Shown here in pieces: positions 1-6,423 of a stretch of 6,442 nt of DNA. Made by a program: the position numbers and the translations under genes. The notes under the pieces are model-generated. The model had not been told where the DNA came from and did not search any database. It saw only the letters and a program-made list of their open reading frames with translations. The stretch is taken from assembly GCA_002794465.1 (NCBI GenBank), contig MTSL01000185.1, positions 1-6,442 on the forward strand, given 5' to 3'. Numbering within the stretch: the stretch's first letter is position 1; every line of letters begins with the position of its first letter. Source of the stretch: Paramicrosporidium saccamoebae KSL3 (Eukaryota; Fungi; Cryptomycota).

Positions 1-360
1 CAGGAGTCGTCAGTGACTGTCACTAGCTCCAGCGATCCCACATCGAATGGAGCCTCTACCTCCTCAACAGCAGTACTGACTGACCCCACTCTGACTACGA
101 TTATCGGCTCTTCTAGCGTCGGCAGTGACGGCATCACTACTTACACCGTGACCATCGAGTCAACCGAATATACCACTACAACAGACGCTGAATTTCTCAA
201 CTCTGTGATTATTGATGAATTCAACTATTACATACTCGCTGCTTACACTGTCGGACTCTCTGTTACCGCACGCACCTTTACTGTGCCGGGTCAATATCAA
301 GCAACAACGACACTACCGTCTTCGGCAACATGTGTGTCTCTAGTACAACCTTCGGTGTAG
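1..360 (+). CDS. 5'-truncated Ser/Thr-rich (mucin-like) hypothetical protein. The C-terminus is uncertain and may continue into a Cys-rich frame ending at 545.
   Basis: Frame +1 is open from base 1 (CAG GAG TCG TCA GTG..., QESSVTVTSSSDPTSNGASTSST...) to TAG at 358-360, so the real start lies upstream of the window. The protein is very rich in Ser/Thr. No recognisable domain. Confidence 0.65.
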   Translation, partial: QESSVTVTSSSDPTSNGASTSSTAVLTDPTLTTIIGSSSVGSDGITTYTVTIESTEYTTTTDAEFLNSVIIDEFNYYILAAYTVGLSVTARTFTVPGQYQATTTLPSSATCVSLVQPSV

Positions 361-572
361 CCGAATCTGTCGTTTCTCTAAAGTTCTCTGACTTCTCCTG
401 CAAAACATGCATATCTTCCGCCTGCCTGAATACCTCTATGCTCGATCATTTAATAAAATATTGTCCTGCATCGGGCGCACATCAGAACGATTGCCTATTT
501 GGGAAACGTCCCAAAAGGGAATGTAAACAGAATGGCTCTGTATAGAGCAGTGTCCCGGTGGCCTCTAAGACA

Positions 573-1034
573 ATGCCGTCTCTCTTCCGACTCCTACTCG
601 CCCTGCTTCCTCTGCTAGCCACCAGTTCGGCCAGCTCAATAGCCAGTTCGTTAGAGCCCGTCACAACGACCGTCTATGCCATCACCACTGTCACCCGAAC
701 CCACTCAGTGCTGGCCGTCGGTGGACAGATACAGCGCTACGTTGTCACCATGGACAATGGCAATGGAATGGCGTATGTTGTGACGACAGAAGTTGTCTCG
801 GCATCGAGCTTGGTGCCTCTGGCGACTGAAACATCGATGGATTGTCCGACACTGACAGTAACAGTGAATAGCGGACCATCGGACGTTAAGCTGGTAAAGA
901 TTGACAACAAGTTCCCCAGCGCAAAGGAGGAACAACAAAAGGCCTTCAACGCATTGTTAAAGAGGGGCCGCTTTGCCGATGCAGTTGACGCCCCAATGGT
1001 CGATTTGGAAAATTTCCGTATGGAAGGTAACTAA
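573..1034 (+). CDS. Secreted Thr/Ser/Val-rich hypothetical protein, 153 aa
   Basis: The first ATG in the frame is at 573; the track's 558 start is a GTG. N-terminus MPSLFRLLLALLPLLATSSA is a typical signal peptide. It is followed by Thr/Val-rich segments and a charged C-terminal tail containing LLKR. No C-terminal transmembrane or GPI-type hydrophobic tail. Confidence 0.75.
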   Translation: MPSLFRLLLALLPLLATSSASSIASSLEPVTTTVYAITTVTRTHSVLAVGGQIQRYVVTMDNGNGMAYVVTTEVVSASSLVPLATETSMDCPTLTVTVNSGPSDVKLVKIDNKFPSAKEEQQKAFNALLKRGRFADAVDAPMVDLENFRMEGN

Positions 1035-1220
1035 GTTCCTCAGTCTGCCCCGTAATAATGCCTTGACAATAAACCACAGTACCAACGAAAATCCAAAGAT
1101 CCAGTGCATTATATTGTCTGCAGAAGTCAGAGCAGTGGCGGGAAAAATAATGGTAATTGTAATAGTCACCCGATGTAAACAAAAAGACGTCCAAACCGGA
1201 TCGGCTAGTAAACTCATCCC

Positions 1221-2066
1221 ATGGTGCGCAAACTAACCTACCTTCTGTCTCCTTTTCTTCTACTCGCCAATCTGCTGAGAGTTCAGGCTGCGCGTCCGAC
1301 AGTCACTATTACTGTCTCCACCACCCAAACCTGGACTGCCACTGAGACCATCATTGTAGACACGGTCACAACCACCACCATCACAATCACCGATGTCTTT
1401 ACGTTGATGGCTAGAGCTGCACAGACCTCCGGACCAGCGCCTTTCGTACTTCCCGGTATGCCGCTAAATATGCTACCGAAGAATGCTGCTTGTGCGCATC
1501 TGCAATTCAAGTACCCCACCAAGACAGAGCCGAAAAAGGCCCCGATCGTGGCGAAGCAGGCGGCTACAGGCACCAGTTCATCTGCCTCTTCTCCCTCTGC
1601 AGTTCCTGCAAAGTGTCCTGCTCAGCTGCCGGTTGTAGCTAAGACACCAGCATCTGCCCCTGCACAAGCAAAGACTCCTGCTCAATGTGCACCAGGTGCC
1701 GCGGGTGTGCCTGCTAAAGCGCCTCTTGGATCACAAGCAGTCAAGGTTCCCATGCCCGTCCAAGTAGCACAGGCTCCGTCGGCTCCCTTAACAACGAAAC
1801 CACCGGCAGATAAGAGAATAGCAGTTGAGACTGCCAAGGCCCAGGCTGTTAAAGCTCCTGCTGTAGCAGCGAATCCCCAAGTGTTGAAAGCTCCGGCTGC
1901 GCCTGCGGTAGTAGCGAAGCCTCAAGCGGTGAAAGCTCCGGCTGCGCCTGTTGTAGCCGCGAAGCCTCAGGCAGTAAAAGCTTCGGCTGCGCCTGTGGTA
2001 GCAGCTCCAGCGCAACGCGCCACGAGTCAAGGAGCTCAGCAGTTATCCACTAATCCCAAAGTCTAA
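1221..2066 (+). CDS. Secreted low-complexity protein, 281 aa: signal peptide, Thr-rich block, then a Pro/Ala/Lys/Val-rich repeat region
   Basis: ATG at 1221 to TAA at 2066. Signal peptide MVRKLTYLLSPFLLLANLLRVQA with a likely VQA|AR cleavage. Thr-rich segment PTVTITVSTTQTWTATETIIVDTVTTTTITIT. C-terminal tandem repeats vary mostly at synonymous positions, which supports this frame being coding. Confidence 0.82.
   Translation: MVRKLTYLLSPFLLLANLLRVQAARPTVTITVSTTQTWTATETIIVDTVTTTTITITDVFTLMARAAQTSGPAPFVLPGMPLNMLPKNAACAHLQFKYPTKTEPKKAPIVAKQAATGTSSSASSPSAVPAKCPAQLPVVAKTPASAPAQAKTPAQCAPGAAGVPAKAPLGSQAVKVPMPVQVAQAPSAPLTTKPPADKRIAVETAKAQAVKAPAVAANPQVLKAPAAPAVVAKPQAVKAPAAPVVAAKPQAVKASAAPVVAAPAQRATSQGAQQLSTNPKV
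1836..2006 (+). repeat. Coding tandem repeat: three 45-nt units plus one degenerate 36-nt unit
   Basis: Units: 1836-1871 KAQAVKAPAVAA; 1872-1916 NPQVLKAPAAPAVVA; 1917-1961 KPQAVKAPAAPVVAA; 1962-2006 KPQAVKASAAPVVAA. The DNA core aaagct(c/t)cggctgcgcctg recurs every 45 nt. Confidence 0.92.
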
Positions 2067-2163
2067 TTCAGTGTTATAAATATCTCTATCAGTGATCTTA
2101 ACTGCGTCCCTTTTGGAGGCGGGCGGTACAACTAATTTTGGAAATTGATCTAATTGGTCAAGA

Positions 2164-4099
2164 ATGCTGCAGGCGGTGGATGAATACAGTACGCCGACCA
2201 GCTGGTGGTTGCAATACTGTCGCGATTACACTAGCCTGCAGGCACACCCAATGAAACTGCTGCAGCGACTGTCAAAGGGTACAGAGATATTTCGACCCGA
2301 TGAATGGCGACGCGACCCTAGCTTTGCGAAAATTTGGCTGGCATACCTTGAATCCCATTTGTATCACTTGTTACCGTGTTAATTTTAGTGCCACGTACGG
2401 GGATGAGGACGAAGTAAGACGACTGTTTAGATTCCTGCGTAGCGAACATGTGGGCGTTGAAGTGGTGGAATTTTATTTGCATCTAGCACACTTTGAGTTG
2501 TGCACCGGAAAGCCAGAAAAGTGTTTGGCAACTCTGGAAGGAGCAAATAAATTAAACAACGAGGCGGTACGGAAGGCATTGGTGGAGTTCCGGCTACTGG
2601 GAACATTTCGACTAGAGCCGTTGGTGAGTGGAGAAGTCAGTAAATTTGCCCCTCCAATGACGCCGATGAGCGAGGGCACGAGAGTCAACAACGGACTTAA
2701 TGGTGGATTTAATAATGGAATTTCCAATACGCCATTGACTAAGATGAGTACAGTCCTGGAGACTCCATTGGCTCCGCAGGTCCCTCCGGTGGCCAAGACT
2801 ATCAACGAGGAGAATTCACCTGGATCGGCGTCTGTTCCGCAAAGATCGGCGAGGATGAGGAGACTGGGAATCACGGGTCCGCCGAAGAGGACAATGGTTA
2901 CGGGTGAAAGTCCTTCGGACTGGACGGTGCCTCAAGATGTGGAAATGGTCATCGATCAGCCGTTGAACATTAATAACAACGAGGCAAGTCTGATTAATTC
3001 GCCTACAAAGACGGCCATGACAATGGACAAGGAGAGTATGTCTCTAACGACAATCAGCCCACTAATGACGCACACTGAGGGAGGAAGGAAGAAAGACGAG
3101 GATCAGACCACATCCAGGTCGAGGGCGGTGCGGGTGAATGGAAAGTCGTACAAAGTCCTCCAGTTAATCGGGCGGGGTGGGAGCAGCAAAGTCTTCAAGG
3201 TCCTCGCTCCAGACAACTCGATTCTTGCTCTGAAGAAAGTTGGTCTAAAAAATTTGGATGAAGTCACTCTTAGCGGCTATTTGAACGAGATTGACCTGCT
3301 CCGGGCGCTCTCCTCCTCTCCCCACATTATCAAACTCCTGGATTATGAAATCAACAAAGATAGTAACAATTTGTACATGTTGATGGAATATGGAGAGGCT
3401 GACTTGGGCAAATTGCTGAAAAGAACGCAGGCCGAGACCCAGCTGGTTGATCTCAACTTTATCCGGTACATGTGGCAGCAAATGCTGAGCGCTGTGCAAA
3501 CTGTCCACAATCATAAAATTGTGCACTGCGACCTAAAGCCAGCAAACTTTCTGTTGGTGGCCGGGCGACTGAAGCTAATTGACTTTGGAATTAGCAAGGC
3601 TATTATGAACGACACGACGAACATTGTAAGGGAGAACCAGGTAGGCACTGTCAATTACATGTCGCCAGAAGCACTGCAAGAGTCATCGTCGAGTGAGAAG
3701 GGAAGGATAAAGATTGGACGTGCAAGTGATGTGTGGTCACTTGGGTGTATCCTTTATGAAATGTCCTACGGCAAGCCGCCCTTTGCACAATTTACTCTAA
3801 TACAGAGGTTGCACAAAATTCTCGACTCGGCCTATGACATTGAGTTTGGGCCCTGTGACTCAATCCTGAAGGAAGTTATTCGATCCTGTCTGCAGAGGCA
3901 ATCCAAGAAAAGATTGTCGCTGGAAGAGCTGCTTGTGCATCCATTTCTGATACCAAAGTCGCTGTCGCTGCCGTCAGACTCGGTGATTGTGTCTAGGAGA
4001 CAGATTGTTGAGCTCATGGAAAAGTTTGCTCGCCACATCCCGCAGCTTGATCCGACGGCTCTTACTGAAAAGATCCTCACCCAGTGGCAACGCGAATAG
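2164..4099 (+). CDS. MPS1: Mps1/TTK spindle-checkpoint dual-specificity kinase, join(2164..2360,2389..4099), 635 aa, with an N-terminal TPR-like module
   Basis: Kinase domain at about 3149-3949 has Mps1-type motifs GRGGSSKVFKV, ALKKV, HCDLKPANF, DFGISKAI, RENQVGTVNYMSPEA and SDVWSLGCILYEM. Removing the GT-AG intron 2361-2388 joins ORF 2164 to the long frame (..AYLESHF|ATYGDEDEV..) and gives a continuous Mps1/Bub1-type TPR-like helical region. Confidence 0.93.
2361..2388 (+). other. 28-nt spliceosomal intron in MPS1
   Basis: GTATCActtgttaccgtgTTAATtttAG: GT donor, branch-point-like TTAAT, AG acceptor. Excision restores the frame (TT|T = Phe). It is AT-rich relative to the flanking exons. Confidence 0.87.
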
Positions 4100-4125
4100 C
4101 CGGGAAGAACGGAGGCTTTGTACAA

Positions 4126-4142
4126 TATGTAAACTTTATATA
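4126..4142. terminator. Possible 3'-end-formation elements in the 109-nt gap between the convergent MPS1 and MYST genes
   Basis: TATGTA (4126-4131) and TATATA (4137-4142) match yeast-type polyadenylation efficiency elements. These are short motifs, so support is weak. Confidence 0.3.
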
Positions 4143-4208
4143 CATGCACTATTAGTTTTACGAATTGAGTGGATTGCACAATTTCTTCGTTACCAACGTC
4201 TACAGTAG

Positions 4209-5330
4209 TTAGCGGAGGCAGGTGTAGGGCTGCCATTGTAAGCATTCAGGATCCGCCCGTAACGTAATCGGTGGCACGCTCTGCAGGGCTTTTGTGACAA
4301 GTTTTAGAACGTATCGTTCTTTTCTGACATCCCACCAAATGGCCTTTAGATACTCCAAAGTTGCCAATACGTCATTGGCTGACATCCCAGTCCTCCGGAT
4401 GATGTCCTGGATAGACACGCCCCCTTCACACTCTAGCAGAACATCTGAAACAATCCTTGACCAGTACTTTACGTACCCAACCAGCCCCAGATCTGAAAGT
4501 GGCTTTTCTGGACTACCAATCTTGCCCTCTCTCCGCGTCAGCAGGTAACTAAAGTCCATTAGAAAGGCACCGAACCCCCGCCGCTGTTTATGAGGCAATG
4601 TCATGATGCACGAGAGGTTATAATCTGAGGGGCTCTGCTTTTCTTTGCTAAAGTATCCCACAAAGGAGTAGTTACGAGCCTCGTTTCGTCCCTCGAGGAT
4701 GATTTCCCGAACGGGATGCCATTCAACGAGTATGTAGAAGAGAAAGGTTTCCACGTCATAGTAAAGGGTCTTATGGTCCAGGAACATTTTGGCCAACAAG
4801 CAGAGACGCTGGCAATAATCGCGACTAAAACGACCGTTCACCTCAAAGACGCTGATCTCGTCCTTCCGGTAGATTTCACATCCGGGTGGAACACGGTCTG
4901 AGCATTTCGGCAAGTGTCGAAGAAAGGTTGCTCGACTGCGCATATATTTGAGACAGCGCTCGCACATCCAAAGGTGGCCCGGCTCGGGACCCTCAAAATA
5001 CTCGGCTGGATACGGTGCAGAATACCATGGTCGGAGATGGTGCGGTCCAAAATGCAAATTGTCAATCATAAGACGACGTTTTCCCGTAAACTCCACAGCA
5101 GAGGGGAGGCTGGCATCGAAAAGACGAGCATCCCGTGGAGTGGGTGTGAAGGAGGTGCGTTCAGCTTGAACTTCTGTGAGACGGCCACCAAACGTTTCTT
5201 CGTCAAAAATAAATTCCTCTCTATGGGCCGTCACAGATGGCGGTGAAGATGCCTGAATATCTATTTCTTCATCAGTTTCAGTCGCCACTGGCGTGGTAGT
5301 ATTCTTTTTGGGTCTCCCCCTCCGCCCCAT
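4209..5330 (-). CDS. MYST-family histone acetyltransferase, 373 aa, without a chromodomain. Possibly Sas3/Mst2-like; subfamily not settled.
   Basis: First ATG is at 5330 (MGRRGRPKK); the track's 5387 start is a TTG that overlaps GID8. Motifs: HFG..LRPWYSAPYPAEY, C2HC zinc finger CERCLKY..FLRHLPKC, PPG.EIYR, LCLLAKMFLDHKTLYYDV (autoacetylated Lys), VGYFSKEK, NLSCI (catalytic Cys), QRRGFG (acetyl-CoA binding), GSPEKPLSDLG (catalytic Glu), and a C-terminal DPECLQW.PY. Confidence 0.95.
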   Translation of the reverse strand: MGRRGRPKKNTTTPVATETDEEIDIQASSPPSVTAHREEFIFDEETFGGRLTEVQAERTSFTPTPRDARLFDASLPSAVEFTGKRRLMIDNLHFGPHHLRPWYSAPYPAEYFEGPEPGHLWMCERCLKYMRSRATFLRHLPKCSDRVPPGCEIYRKDEISVFEVNGRFSRDYCQRLCLLAKMFLDHKTLYYDVETFLFYILVEWHPVREIILEGRNEARNYSFVGYFSKEKQSPSDYNLSCIMTLPHKQRRGFGAFLMDFSYLLTRREGKIGSPEKPLSDLGLVGYVKYWSRIVSDVLLECEGGVSIQDIIRRTGMSANDVLATLEYLKAIWWDVRKERYVLKLVTKALQSVPPITLRADPECLQWQPYTCLR

Positions 5331-5368
5331 TAAGAAACGAAAATCGTTTATTTCAACATAGGATAAGG
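5331..5368. promoter_or_regulatory. 38-nt divergent intergenic spacer containing the inverted repeat AAACGA-aaa-TCGTTT (5335-5349)
   Basis: Lies between the MYST ATG (5330, -) and the predicted GID8 ATG (5369, +). AT-rich, with a perfect 6-bp inverted repeat and 3-nt spacer. A regulatory role is inferred from position only. Confidence 0.4.
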
Positions 5369-6186
5369 ATGAGCGGACTTTTACCAAGCTTCCTACGGGG
5401 AAATAACAGTACTCCTACCGCTACACCCGCTACCACCGGTACAAAACCTTTTTTGTTTATTTAATTACAGAGAGGAATGGAAACAGAAACGGCGGCCGAA
5501 GGGCTACTGCAAGCAATATATCAACAGAAGAATGGTCACAACGTTTAAGTAGTATCCAACTTTCTCGTGTCGAAATAGACTCGCTCGTGATGAATTATCT
5601 GGTCATCGAAGGCTATAAAGAGGCTGCGGAGCGTTTTGCGCGTGAATCGAACGTGACTCCAGGCGGAGAATTGGCTGCTATAGAAGAGAGGATGCAGGTA
5701 CGAAGCGCCATCCAAAGGGGCGATATTTCCGGCGCGGTTGATAGGATAAATGACCTGGACCCCGAGCTGTTTGACCGACACCCACGGATTGCTTTTCACT
5801 TAACCCAGCAGCTGATGATTGAACAGATAAGGAAAGGTGACATGGACTCTGCTCTAGAATATGCACAAAGCGAGCTAGCTCCCAGAGCGGCCCGCCACCC
5901 TGAATTCCTAAGGGAGTTGGAACGGACTATGGCCTTGTTGGTGATGGAGAAGGGCGATTTGGCTGACCCGGCTCATCGAGTAAAGATCGCTAATGAGGTA
6001 AACTCGGCTTTATTGGCTATGCAATCACAAGAAAACGCTTCAAAGTTGCCCATTTTGCTGAGACTGCTTCATCATTTACAAGGAACGCTGGGTGGAAGAG
6101 TTTCGTTTCCCAAAATTGTAGATTTGAATTCTGCAAAATTTGATCCTTCACTACAATTGAACTCAACAGACCAGAACATTAGTTAA
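5369..6186 (+). CDS. GID8: GID8/TWA1 subunit of the CTLH/GID E3 ubiquitin ligase (LisH-CTLH-CRA), join(5369..5438,5471..6186), 261 aa
   Basis: The GID8-type segment ISTEEWSQRLSSIQLSRVEIDSL lies in frame upstream of the track start. It is followed by LisH (LVMNYLVIEGYKEAAERFARES), CTLH (RSAIQRGDISGAVDRINDLDPELFD..FHLTQQLMIEQIRKG) and CRA (ALEYAQSELAP..LRELERTMALL..HRVKIANEVNSALL). The unspliced frame has no ATG between TAA 5404-5406 and 5590. Removing intron 5439-5470 links it to ATG 5369 (MSGLLPSFLRGNNSTPTATPATTE|RNGN..). Confidence 0.92.
5439..5470 (+). other. 32-nt spliceosomal intron in GID8
   Basis: GTACAAaaccttttttgtttatTTAATtacAG: GT donor, T-rich body, TTAAT branch-point-like motif, CAG acceptor. 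Excision puts ATG 5369 in frame (G|AG = Glu). Confidence 0.87.
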
Positions 6187-6423
6187 TATGAATATATCTT
6201 TCGATCGGGCACTATATATATTTTGACGTTTTAAATTTATTACTAGCAATAGAATTGTAGTGACACAATGTCGGTTATTTAATAGAAAGCACTTCAGATT
6301 CGCTACGAGGACCCTAGTAGCTATATCAAGAAGTAATTGGCGAAACCGAACGGATCCATGTAGGCTATGAAATAACTTGGCCCGGGCATAACAAGAAATA
6401 AAGTTTACTCACCCGTAGGCGCG

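Noticed and set aside
558-572. GTG start given by the ORF track for gene 2
   Set aside because: The context is eukaryotic, and the ATG at 573 directly begins the signal peptide.
1027-1079. Strong donor-like AAG|GTAACT near the end of gene 2, with acceptors at 1043 or 1079
   Set aside because: Splicing adds only short, featureless tails (VCPVIMP* or about 23 aa). There is no TTAAT-NNN-AG end, and the unspliced ORF already ends cleanly.
1218-1220. CCC immediately before the gene 3 ATG (and AGG before the GID8 ATG), recalling microsporidian CCC/GGG start-proximal motifs
   Set aside because: Present at only two of five starts, and trinucleotides occur readily by chance.
946-1236. Three overlapping short ORFs (946-1194 -, 957-1217 -, 973-1236 +) across the gene 2/gene 3 gap, one of them hydrophobic
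   Set aside because: They overlap both flanking genes, leave no room for a promoter and show no recognisable motif. Most likely chance open frames.
2300-2388. ORF-track N-terminus MNGDATLALRKFGW... of the kinase
   Set aside because: This is an out-of-frame reading of exon 1 plus the intron. The spliced model from ATG 2164 gives a coherent TPR-like sequence.
2473-4245. Antisense or alternate-frame ORFs within MPS1 (2473-2874, 3245-3526, 3832-4245, 3987-4208)
   Set aside because: Shadow frames of a well-conserved gene, with no motifs and non-ATG starts in several cases.
4691-4711. In-frame GT..AG 21-mer within the extra loop WHPVREIILEGRNEARNY of the MYST domain
   Set aside because: It is not AT-rich and has no branch motif or stop. 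Better explained as a surface-loop insertion than as an intron.
4294-5246. Plus-strand and alternate-frame ORFs within the MYST gene
   Set aside because: Shadow ORFs with no independent support.
5331-5387. TTG-initiated N-terminal extension of the MYST ORF
   Set aside because: Non-ATG start that overlaps the GID8 start codon. The extension is simply the AT-rich spacer read through.
5410-5437. Imperfect (c/g)ctac repeats that looked like a regulatory array
   Set aside because: Explained by coding for TPTATPATT in GID8 exon 1.
5477-5548. Short ORF METETAAEGLLQAIYQQKNGHNV* as an alternative GID8 start or uORF
   Set aside because: It is out of frame with the LisH domain and lies inside exon 2 of the spliced model.
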